DNA from: Cyanobacteria bacterium P01_A01_bin.123
GTDB taxonomy: Bacteria > Cyanobacteriota > Cyanobacteriia > Phormidesmidales > Phormidesmidaceae
Reading direction: 5' to 3'
DNA: 64,000 nt
Assembly: GCA_039815185.1 (NCBI GenBank)
Contig: JBCBZT010000034.1
Span: 25,863 to 89,862, forward strand
The notes beneath the pieces were generated by a model. It was not told where the DNA came from. It made no database searches and worked only from the letters and a program-made list of their open reading frames with translations. Both the position numbers and the translations under genes were made by a program. Positions 1 through 8,681 of the stretch are shown here, piece after piece (the first letter of the stretch is position 1; every line of letters begins with the position of its first letter).

Positions 1-130
1 TGGTAATCGTGTGACCGGCTCGCTTCAGTAAATCGCCAGCGACCAGTCCCGCCATTCCTGCGCCCACAATGATGATCTTTTTAGGACGGCTAGCGTTGGT
101 ATCTAGCCCGTTCTGAATCATTGATTGCAT
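1..130 (-). CDS. Flavin-dependent amine/L-amino-acid oxidase family protein, N-terminal part (runs off the window)
   Basis: Manual translation from ATG at 130: [43 protein letters not shown], with a GxGxxG FAD-binding motif. Not in the ORF track. Confidence 0.7.
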   Translation of the reverse strand, partial: MQSMIQNGLDTNASRPKKIIIVGAGMAGLVAGDLLKRAGHTIT

Positions 131-165
131 TTTGGGTTGACTCCTAATCGTTTTGGATTTAAGGG

Positions 166-1197
166 TTACCAGTCATCAATCCCATCTCCTCCAGCAATCC
201 ATTCGTCTAAGTTGCGATCGCCCGTGGCCACATTAAACAGATGTAAGCCAAAATCCTTAGACAGGTCCTCACAGACCTTGATGCCCCGCACACTATTGCC
301 TTTAATGTCCAGCGGTGGCGAAAATGTGCCGATGCCCAATTTGCCGGGAACCACGGCTAAAATGCCGCCCCCCACGCCACTCTTGGCAGGCATACCAACC
401 CGGTAGGCCCACTCCCCTGAGGCGTCATACATGCCGCAAGTCAGCATCACACTGACGACATCTTGCACATAGCGTTCGTCGATCGCCCGTTCTTGAGTCA
501 CCGGATTGATACCACCATTGGCCAAAGTTGCCGATAGCATCGCCAGATCACGGGCATTGACCATGACTGAACATTGCTGAAAGTAGAGATCTAAGGTTTC
601 ATCAATTTTGTCGCCCACCATGCCAAAGTTGAGCATCAAATAGGCCATTGCCCGGTTACGATACCCCGTTGACTTTTCAGACAAAAAGACGGGCACATTG
701 ATATCGTGCTCTCGTCCGGTGAAGCGCTTAAACATTTCCAGCACCCGTTTAAGGCGCTCGGTGCCGTTTTTGCCCTTGATTAAATCAGCCGTTGCGATCG
801 CCCCCGCATTTACCATCGGATTGTAAGGACGGTTAGTGACCTCATCCAACACAATCGCGTTGAAGGCTTCGCCCGTGGGCTCCACGCTGACCTTGCTATT
901 AACATACTCACGCCCGTGATCTTCCAGGGCTAAGCCAAACACAAATGCTTTTGAAATGGACTGAATCGTAAAGAGTTGATCACACTCCCCCACCTCAAAC
1001 ACCTGACCATCGGCAGTCACAACGCAGATCCCGAACCATTCTGGCTTAGCGAGGGCGAGTTCAGGAATGTAGTCGGCAACGGTGCCGTCATCTAACGATC
1101 GATATTTTTCGTGTAGATCGTTCAAATAATTTCGAAAGGGCGAAGTAACCGCAGTAATCGAGTTGGCAAGGGACTGTAAATCTCCAAAATTGGACAT
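166..1197 (-). CDS. glsA: Glutaminase A (bacterial type)
   Basis: [18 protein letters not shown] (catalytic SxxK), [27 protein letters not shown] motifs. Confidence 0.95.
   Translation of the reverse strand: MSNFGDLQSLANSITAVTSPFRNYLNDLHEKYRSLDDGTVADYIPELALAKPEWFGICVVTADGQVFEVGECDQLFTIQSISKAFVFGLALEDHGREYVNSKVSVEPTGEAFNAIVLDEVTNRPYNPMVNAGAIATADLIKGKNGTERLKRVLEMFKRFTGREHDINVPVFLSEKSTGYRNRAMAYLMLNFGMVGDKIDETLDLYFQQCSVMVNARDLAMLSATLANGGINPVTQERAIDERYVQDVVSVMLTCGMYDASGEWAYRVGMPAKSGVGGGILAVVPGKLGIGTFSPPLDIKGNSVRGIKVCEDLSKDFGLHLFNVATGDRNLDEWIAGGDGIDDW
214..221. repeat. HIP1 octamer GCGATCGC (one representative copy of many)
   Basis: Further copies at 794, 4649, 4672 and throughout the window; a cyanobacterial hallmark. 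Confidence 0.9.
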
Positions 1198-1202
1198 CCT
1201 TT

Positions 1203-1961
1203 CTAACCCTCCGTAATCTGCTGGGCCACTTTACGAAACTCTTGACTCACTTCGTGTTCAGGATATTTCACACAAAATACGCCTTCACTGGCCAGCTGCA
1301 CCACATCTTCCGACAGCGGAAACACCCCTGCGACCTTCTCATGGTAGGTTTCCTCGACTTTCTGCTGGAGGGCATCCAGATTCAGTTTGCTGTGGGCTTT
1401 GTTGATCGTCAGCAGCATTTTGCGAACTTTCAGTTGCCGGGCCACATCCACCGTGACCGCTGTGCCCTGGTAATCCTGTTTGTCAGGACGCAAAATTAGG
1501 ATCAACACATGTGAAATGGCAATTGACAAAAAGGTTTCTTTCGAAAGGCCTGGATGGGTATCAATGAACAAATAGTCCAACTTGAGTGCCTTAACGAGGC
1601 TACGAAACCCATCGTTCATCAGCTTGACATCGTAGCCATCCTTGAGAATACGGGCGATGTCATCTGCCTTAACACTGGAAGGCACGAGATAAAGTTTGCC
1701 CTCGCCTTCGACGCCAACATTAGCACCGATGTCGTAGGCCGTATCTTCAATTGAACTTTCACCCCACAAGTAATTATTAAGGGTTTTGTGAGTGTGCTCT
1801 GGTTCCAGACCAAACAGATTGTGAATACCGGGTGAGGGCACATCTGTATCGACAACCCCGACACGATACCCCTGCAGTGCAACTGTGGTGGCTAAGTTTG
1901 CAGTAAAGTTAGATTTACCCGTACCGCCTCGGTAAGAGTGGATCGAAACAACTTTTGGCAT
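1203..1961 (-). CDS. MinD/ParA-family P-loop ATPase
   Basis: Deviant Walker A RGGTGKS, VVDTD, FIDTHPG; no obvious C-terminal MinD membrane-targeting helix. Confidence 0.88.
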   Translation of the reverse strand: MPKVVSIHSYRGGTGKSNFTANLATTVALQGYRVGVVDTDVPSPGIHNLFGLEPEHTHKTLNNYLWGESSIEDTAYDIGANVGVEGEGKLYLVPSSVKADDIARILKDGYDVKLMNDGFRSLVKALKLDYLFIDTHPGLSKETFLSIAISHVLILILRPDKQDYQGTAVTVDVARQLKVRKMLLTINKAHSKLNLDALQQKVEETYHEKVAGVFPLSEDVVQLASEGVFCVKYPEHEVSQEFRKVAQQITEG

Positions 1962-2160
1962 TTCTGGGTTAATGGATGGGTAATGTGGAGAACTCTTTCA
2001 AGAAAATACCAGATAAAACCTGCTCTTAAAGAAAATGCCAAGGCGGATCTTTAAATGTAAGCACTCATTATCCATTTTTCTAGGGCAGGGATGTGACTCA
2101 CAGCCTCCCAAAAACTTGCTGACAAGCCCTCTATGACTAGATCTGCAATAACTCTAAATC

Positions 2161-4296
2161 TCATATCTGAGTAGAGCGTAGTGCCGCTCCCGAATAAGCT
2201 TCTGCTTGCTTGAGAGCCTTAACAATAGCATCGTGGCGATGACGCATAGCATCATCGAGTGGGGTAAAGCCCCAACGGTCTTGGACGTTGGGGTTGACCT
2301 GATTGGCCAGTAAAAACTCAATCACGTTGAGCTGTCCTTCTGCGGCGGCAAGGTGGATGGCGGTGCGACCATCATAGTCTGCTGCATCCATGGAAATTCC
2401 GCGGGCAATGTAGGGCAACATCGCATTCAGATTGCCCTGACTAGCAGCCCAGATTAGGGCTGTAACATCAGTGGTGACCGAACTGGGCAGTTTGATGTCG
2501 GCTTGGGGATAAGAATCTTGCCCTCTTTTTGCCCCGGCCTCTTGCAGAATGGCGGCAACAGCCTTGTGTCCCTGTTGTTCGGCATCATTCAGCGGTGTGC
2601 AACCCCAGCGGTCGGTGACATTTGCATTTGCACCGTGCTCTAACAGAAATTGCACCACATTTTTATGACCACCGGCAGCGGCCAAGTGTAGAGGCGTTCG
2701 ATTGTCATAGTCGCCGGCATTCATATCGGCTCCACGAATTTGGTACTGCGTTATGGCCGTCAGGTCGCCTCGGCTGGCCACTTCAATTAAGCTGGTAATT
2801 TCTTCTGATTCTCGCTGAATTGGGCTGACACGGGGGTTCTTTTTTTCTGACTGAAAATCGAGATTATCGTAGTTGTGGACGCTAAATTTTTGAACCAGCT
2901 GCTTACAGAATTCAACCCCGCGCACGCTGTTGCCTTGAACATCAAGATTAGGGGACCAAATACACAAGCCCAACACGTTAGGAATGACAACCATGACCGC
3001 TCCGGACACGCCGGATTTGGCCGGTAACCCCACCATAAAGGCCCATTCACCACTGTAGTCATACATGCCGCAGGAGTACATCAAAGACAGACAGTGTTGC
3101 ACCGTATTGGTTTTGAAAATCTTTTCGCCTGTAATCGGACAGGTGCCCCCATTGGCCATGGTGGCAGCCACCACAGACATTTGGTCAGCATTCAATTCAA
3201 TCGAACAGGACTGAAAATAGAACTCTAGGGTTTCTTCAAGCTCGGCCCAGGCAGGGAATGCTTTCGTTTCCATCATGTAGTGGCTGAGGGCACGGTTGCG
3301 ATGGGCCGTTTCTCGCTCAGATAAATACACGGCGTTGTTAAAAGTAATCCGATCATTGCCGGTGAGACGGCTCCAGTGATTGAGCACATAATCAAACCGA
3401 TCGGCATGGGGTAGATCATGGCGAATCAGAGAACAGCACATAATAGCCCCTGCGTTAATCATGGGATTATGGGGTAATCCTTTACTGTTCAATGTGAGTT
3501 CATTGAACCCTAAACCAGAAGGTTCTCGCCCGACGTGCTGATGAACCACTTCGGCGCCCAGTTCTTCCAAGGCGAGACAGTAGGCAATGGTTTTGCTGGT
3601 GCTTTGCACCGTAAAGTTTTCAAGGGTGTTGCCACGGGAGTAGCGCTGCCCGTCAATGGTACAGATGGCCACGGCAAAGTTTCGCTCATCGACCCTGGCG
3701 AGTTGAGGAATGTAGTTGGCGAGGGCACCCCCATCATGAACACTGACCGCTTCGTAAATCGTGTCGATGTCCTGGCAAAAATCTTGAAAATCGGGAATGA
3801 TTAGCTGGGCTTTGAGTACCCGACGGATCAGATGGATATTGGGACGAATGATTTTTTGAAAGTCATCAAAGTCAATTTCAGAGTCATGGCGGGGTGAAAG
3901 CAGACCTAATTCCTGCAGACTCTCAGAAAAGCGTAAATCGGAGAGCTTGAGTCCAGCGCGCACAAAAGTACTCAAAAACTCTTCGCGCGTGATTTTACCG
4001 TTACCATCTAGATCGGCAGCTTGGAATAGGCGAAGATCCTGTTCATCGACGGCTTTAGCTGCTGTCATAGCCCGGCCTAAAGTTGGGGGTTGAGTCGGCT
4101 TGGGTAGGGTCGATTTAGCATCCTTTTGAGGCCGAGCCTCAGGCATAGGCTTGTCGATGGCCTTGGTTTTGGTTTTGGTTTTAGTTTTTTGATCCATGGT
4201 ATTTAGCATCAGGTGACGACAGGGTGGCATTGACAGAAAGCTGCCTGATGGGGAATCGCTGGCAGCGCTAGCGTTAAAGCGATGAATAGTGGGCAT
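2161..4296 (-). CDS. glsA: Glutaminase with N-terminal EF-hand and C-terminal ankyrin repeats (animal GLS-like architecture); start may be ATG 4197
   Basis: DLDGNGKITREE EF-hand; QSTSK, NPMINAGAI, GMYDYSGEW, PAKSGVSG, HNYDNL; ankyrin motifs RTPLHLAA, DRWGCTPL, RTAIHLAA, DRWGFTPL. Confidence 0.92.
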   Translation of the reverse strand: MPTIHRFNASAASDSPSGSFLSMPPCRHLMLNTMDQKTKTKTKTKAIDKPMPEARPQKDAKSTLPKPTQPPTLGRAMTAAKAVDEQDLRLFQAADLDGNGKITREEFLSTFVRAGLKLSDLRFSESLQELGLLSPRHDSEIDFDDFQKIIRPNIHLIRRVLKAQLIIPDFQDFCQDIDTIYEAVSVHDGGALANYIPQLARVDERNFAVAICTIDGQRYSRGNTLENFTVQSTSKTIAYCLALEELGAEVVHQHVGREPSGLGFNELTLNSKGLPHNPMINAGAIMCCSLIRHDLPHADRFDYVLNHWSRLTGNDRITFNNAVYLSERETAHRNRALSHYMMETKAFPAWAELEETLEFYFQSCSIELNADQMSVVAATMANGGTCPITGEKIFKTNTVQHCLSLMYSCGMYDYSGEWAFMVGLPAKSGVSGAVMVVIPNVLGLCIWSPNLDVQGNSVRGVEFCKQLVQKFSVHNYDNLDFQSEKKNPRVSPIQRESEEITSLIEVASRGDLTAITQYQIRGADMNAGDYDNRTPLHLAAAGGHKNVVQFLLEHGANANVTDRWGCTPLNDAEQQGHKAVAAILQEAGAKRGQDSYPQADIKLPSSVTTDVTALIWAASQGNLNAMLPYIARGISMDAADYDGRTAIHLAAAEGQLNVIEFLLANQVNPNVQDRWGFTPLDDAMRHRHDAIVKALKQAEAYSGAALRSTQI

Positions 4297-4565
4297 CGCT
4301 GACGACTTCAGGCCGATCAGAGAGACTATTTGCTGTGGGGATAAGGCTACACATAAATTGGAAATAGGACTCGATCCCAGCAGACTTAGAAGCTCTCACG
4401 CTGGTGAGTTGGTCAAAGATAGGCTGGGTCAGAATGTTTCGAGCCCGCTGCCAGACCAGGACGCCCATCACTGCAGCAGAGCCCAACTGACCCCTAACAG
4501 CACCAACATCACTTTTGATTTGATCCTGAGCTGCCCCAGTCCTAACATTGCACATCACTCCAATA

Positions 4566-4598
4566 GAAGAAGAAGAAAAGGGGGCGCAGAATGCCCCC
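4566..4598 (-). terminator. Probable intrinsic terminator downstream of the accessory amt
   Basis: Minus strand reads GGGGGC-ATTCTGC-GCCCCC followed by TTTTCTTCTTCT. Confidence 0.55.
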
Positions 4599-4680
4599 AC
4601 AAGGAGTCTTGGCAAAAGCCAAGAAACGTTCAGAACCAAACCTTTGTGGCGATCGCCTTGGGCTAACTTTGGCGATCGCG

Positions 4681-6165
4681 CTACAATTTCGTCTCGATTT
4701 CAACGCTGGGTGCTTCGTCTGTCATTGAGAAGCCTGCGTAGGCAATCTGCCCATGCTCGTGGATATCGAGCCCCTCAATTTCCTCATAGCCATGGACACG
4801 GATGCCAATTGTTGCCTTCAATGCCATCCAGCAGATTAAGCCTGTGATGATCGTAAAGACACCATAAGCAAGCACCCCCAACAACTGCACGTTAAACTGC
4901 TGAACACCGGCATTCTCGCCAAAGATACCGACGGCCAAGGTAGCCCAGATACCGTTGCAGAGATGGACTGAAACAGCCCCTACCGGATCATCAATTTGTA
5001 GGGAATCAAAGAAATCAATCGCGAACACCACCAGTACACCTGAAACGCAGCCAATGATGATGGCTGATACAAACGACACCTGGTTGCAACTAGCAGTGAT
5101 ACCCACCAACCCTGCCAGAATGCCATTAATCACCATGCCTAAGTCTGGTTTTTTATTCTTGAACCAAGAGACAAAAGTAGCAATAGTCCCTCCAGCAGCA
5201 CCCGATAGGTTGGTTGTGATGGCAATATAAGCAATATTTTCATTAGCCGCCAACTCAGATCCAGGATTAAACCCAAACCAACCAATCCAGAGAATCAAAC
5301 AGCCTAGCGTGGCTAAACTGAGGTTATGGCCCGGAATTGGCTTCACGAGTTTGTCCTCATACTTGCCGTAGCGGGCACCCAGGACAATTGCCCCGACTAG
5401 GGCCGACCATCCTCCAACACTGTGCACCACCGTCGAGCCCGCAAAGTCGGCAAAACCTAAATTAGCTAACCAGCCGCCGCCCCAAGTCCATTTGCCCGAG
5501 ATGCAGTAAAAGGCGATATTAACCACACTAAAGATCAAAAAGGCGTCAAATCGAATCCGCTCAGCCACTGCTCCCGATACGATGGTGGCGGATGTCGCCG
5601 CAAAAGCCGCCTGAAACAGGAAGAAAATAGTAATTGGCAAACCTGCGGGGAAGGGATCCAAACCATAGGTGGCCGAGTCGCCCGACATAAAGAAACCCGT
5701 CAGGCCAATAAAGCTATTGCCCTGACCAAACATCAACCCAAAACCAATCGCCCAGTATGTGAGCAGGGCCAACCCAAATACAATTAGATTTTTAGAGAGG
5801 ATATTAACCGCGTTTTTCTGGCGGCACATCCCCACCTCTAACATGCCGAAGCCGGCATTCATAAAGACCACTAGGGTAGACGCCACCAAAATCCAAACCA
5901 CGTTGAGATATCCCTGCTGCAGCGCCACCTGCTCTGCCAGGGACTCTAGGGTGACATCATCCTGGGCAAACGTCACCGTAGATAAGCCGATGACAATCCA
6001 GGCTGAGACACAGAAAAACACCATGGTGCGGTGTCGAGTTACCCATCTCAATAACTGAGCTAAGGCATCGCGATAACGGGTATTAACTACCAAGGGAGGA
6101 CAACCATCTGTCTTCCCTTTGATTTGCTCGACATGACTAGACATTGTCACTCCTAATTCAAACAT
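4681..6165 (-). CDS. amt: Ammonium transporter (Amt family), accessory paralog
   Basis: [44 protein letters not shown]. Confidence 0.95.
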   Translation of the reverse strand: MFELGVTMSSHVEQIKGKTDGCPPLVVNTRYRDALAQLLRWVTRHRTMVFFCVSAWIVIGLSTVTFAQDDVTLESLAEQVALQQGYLNVVWILVASTLVVFMNAGFGMLEVGMCRQKNAVNILSKNLIVFGLALLTYWAIGFGLMFGQGNSFIGLTGFFMSGDSATYGLDPFPAGLPITIFFLFQAAFAATSATIVSGAVAERIRFDAFLIFSVVNIAFYCISGKWTWGGGWLANLGFADFAGSTVVHSVGGWSALVGAIVLGARYGKYEDKLVKPIPGHNLSLATLGCLILWIGWFGFNPGSELAANENIAYIAITTNLSGAAGGTIATFVSWFKNKKPDLGMVINGILAGLVGITASCNQVSFVSAIIIGCVSGVLVVFAIDFFDSLQIDDPVGAVSVHLCNGIWATLAVGIFGENAGVQQFNVQLLGVLAYGVFTIITGLICWMALKATIGIRVHGYEEIEGLDIHEHGQIAYAGFSMTDEAPSVEIETKL

Positions 6166-6706
6166 TGAGTTAGCCCCTGAAGAGGTGAAACCAGTAAACT
6201 CTGAACCTCACAATCAGCTAAACAGCTGAAAATCCAAAGTCATAAAGGCCACAAAAGATCAAGGCTATAGCCTCAGAAAAATGCAACTAAATCTTTCAAA
6301 TGAGTCGTCCAAACCCCATCAGATACTTTGTAGATACCCCATCACCTTTACTTAAAGAAGGTCATACCTGAAATCCTCTCACTTATTGCTCCAGAGACAG
6401 AGATTTCAGTAGAGTTAGCAAGTATTAAAACTCAGAAGTTCAACAAAAGTAAAGTCTGATTATTCGGTCAATTACCTTTAAACAAACTGAGTCAAGTATA
6501 AAGAGAAATAAATAATTCGGAATTGACTAAACTACTACAGTAAAAATGCGAACCAAAAAATGACCCATATTAGGACAAGAAACGTCTGACCTAGTTCACT
6601 CACAGGGCTCAGCTAAAGAAATTCAATCTAAGCACCTTGATTGAACATCTGCATGAGCTGCCTTTTACATCTGCCTCTATATTCAATCAAGACAATTGGG
6701 AAAAGC

Positions 6707-6727
6707 AAAGTCGGGAAAGTCGGAAAG
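6707..6727. promoter_or_regulatory. 9-bp-period direct repeat (GTCGGGAAA GTCGGAAAG) upstream of amt; candidate operator
   Basis: AAAGTCGG at 6707 and 6716; the same motif occurs inverted at 8517-8543. Confidence 0.45.
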
Positions 6728-6922
6728 CTGGTTTCATGACAATCTAATAAGGGTATAAAATCTTCATTTACTTTAAATATTCAATCCTTAATTTTTTCGC
6801 TCCCAAACAATCTCAAAAAGCCAGCATCTAAGATTTCACTGAAAACTCCGCACTAATTTCTGACTCTCAGTAGCTATATCTATCTTCAGCGAAATCCTGA
6901 GTCATTTGTTTTTTGATTCATA

Positions 6923-8281
6923 TCAGAAACTTTGAAAGCTCAGCTGTTGTTTAAAGTATGAACGATATACTTCACAACTCGATACAGCTTTGCAGCCTTG
7001 TATCTTGATTAGTCCAAGACTTTCTAATCGATACATTGTAACCGCATCCAGTTCTACACCTCCCTCGGTAGAAACGATTTGTTTAAGTGCAGTGGCTAGG
7101 TCGGGATCGCGTTTCAGCAGTGCCAAATAATTTCGTAGATGATCACCATAAATGCCAGATGGTGTGGAAGCCATTTTGATTAGATCTGCTGACTCTAAAT
7201 TTTGAGTCACGAGATGATAGAAAAACACATTCACTAAATAAGGGTGCCCACCCACTAAATCTACCAATTGTTGAGCACACGAACTATCAACCTGGTCTAA
7301 TCCATATCGAGCCGCTAATTCATAGACTTGAAGCGTTGTAAATCCAGGCAATTTGATCACTTGACCAATATTAAATGGAGATTGATGAATCTTTAAGGGA
7401 ACATAAATTTCAGTCGCATGGGCAATGACCAGGCGGAGATTGCGCCAACTCAGACTCCACTTCGCTTTTTCATGCCAGGAACGGAGCAATGGGAAAAAAT
7501 CTTGAGCGATCTTGGGATGTTCAATCAGGTCTTCAGCACCGGAAATAATCAGCACAATGGGGGTTCGAGTTCGCTCAAGAATGTGTGCTTGGTAGTAGAG
7601 TTCGCTACTGATTTTGTACCCCATTGATGAATCCCAATATTCTTCGAGCTTAGGGGGGATATTCAGTTCTTGACTCACCCGCAAACAAAACCATTGCAGA
7701 AACGTATCTATACTTGTGAATACAGCTTTATCAACGGTTTGCAAATCTAGATGGGCAGTTTGATAGCCCTGTTGTTCGGCAAATTGAATGAGCCGAAATA
7801 CCAGGGAAGTTTTTCCCATTTTTTGAGGGGCTTTGATGCGCAGAAAGCCGCCAGGACGTTGAATTTCTGAATAAGCTAAGTGTTCGTTGGGCGGGCGATC
7901 GATATACAGCGGCGAATAGGGCGACAACGGGCCAGACGGATACTGCAAATGGCTAGGGGGGGACACTGCGGTAACCGTTACAGGCACCTGTGGTTCGAGC
8001 GTTAGACTTGGGCTAGTCATCAGAGGGGATGACTGTAAACGCTCTCGGAGGACAAAGAGCAAACTCTTTTTGGTAACACGTTGTCCCAGGGCTTGGGAAA
8101 TCTCTCGCCATAGCTTATAGCCCGTGTCCTTGAGGTGGGCATCCCCATAACCTGAGTGTTGCGCCATTTGGTCATAGGTCTGCTTGTTCCAACTTTGCCC
8201 GAGCACAATCCGCTCCGCAGGGCTAAGCTGCCGCTTGAGAAACCGTTCTTCAATTGTCAGCAGAACTTGATCGGGATCCAT
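6923..8281 (-). CDS. N-terminal HTH plus AAA_35-like P-loop protein (putative transcription regulator)
   Basis: HTH-like N-terminus LSPAERIVL..TYDQMA..GYKLWREISQALG; Walker A APQKMGKTSL; SPFNIG; GGHPYL; Walker B degenerate (LIISGAED). Confidence 0.8.
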   Translation of the reverse strand: MDPDQVLLTIEERFLKRQLSPAERIVLGQSWNKQTYDQMAQHSGYGDAHLKDTGYKLWREISQALGQRVTKKSLLFVLRERLQSSPLMTSPSLTLEPQVPVTVTAVSPPSHLQYPSGPLSPYSPLYIDRPPNEHLAYSEIQRPGGFLRIKAPQKMGKTSLVFRLIQFAEQQGYQTAHLDLQTVDKAVFTSIDTFLQWFCLRVSQELNIPPKLEEYWDSSMGYKISSELYYQAHILERTRTPIVLIISGAEDLIEHPKIAQDFFPLLRSWHEKAKWSLSWRNLRLVIAHATEIYVPLKIHQSPFNIGQVIKLPGFTTLQVYELAARYGLDQVDSSCAQQLVDLVGGHPYLVNVFFYHLVTQNLESADLIKMASTPSGIYGDHLRNYLALLKRDPDLATALKQIVSTEGGVELDAVTMYRLESLGLIKIQGCKAVSSCEVYRSYFKQQLSFQSF

Positions 8282-8516
8282 ACGTTCATATGCTGGTTTT
8301 AATAACTCAAGTTTTCAGAAGAAATTCTTCTATATCTGCGGCTAAAAATAGTATCAAAAATCACACAATGTTATCTAGTAGGTGGCTGTAATGCCTTGAA
8401 GTACAACCCATCAGCTTTCCTGATTAGCCCAAGACCAGGAGAACTCCGGGAAATCACTTATTACTTTCTCACACAATTTTAGAAGGAGGCATCACACAAG
8501 TTTTCACTTTCTGCCT

Positions 8517-8543
8517 TTCTCCGTCTTTTCCGTCTTTTCCGAC
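8517..8543. promoter_or_regulatory. Three 9-bp direct repeats upstream of the HTH-AAA gene; candidate operator
   Basis: TTCTCCGTC TTTTCCGTC TTTTCCGAC in tandem. Confidence 0.5.
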
Positions 8544-8681
8544 CTATCTTTCAGTAGATGAGTTCATGTTTTGAAACGAATTTCCCTGAAAATCAATGCA
8601 AACGATTAAAACACATCTAATATTTAGGCACAGGGGGCTTCACCCTTCTTTACTTATCCACAAAAGATCTTTTGGCTACCG

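Noticed and set aside
1203..1961. Calling this gene the cell-division minD
   Set aside because: No minC/minE neighbours, Arg in the signature position and no membrane-targeting tail
4163..4191. GGTTTT hexamer run (KTKTKTK) as a phase-variation tract
   Set aside because: The unit is a multiple of three and lies in a low-complexity N-terminus, so slippage would not shift frame
8350..8365. NtcA/CRP-like site GTATCAAAAATCAC upstream of the HTH-AAA gene
   Set aside because: One mismatch from GTA-N8-TAC in AT-rich DNA; not supportable without data
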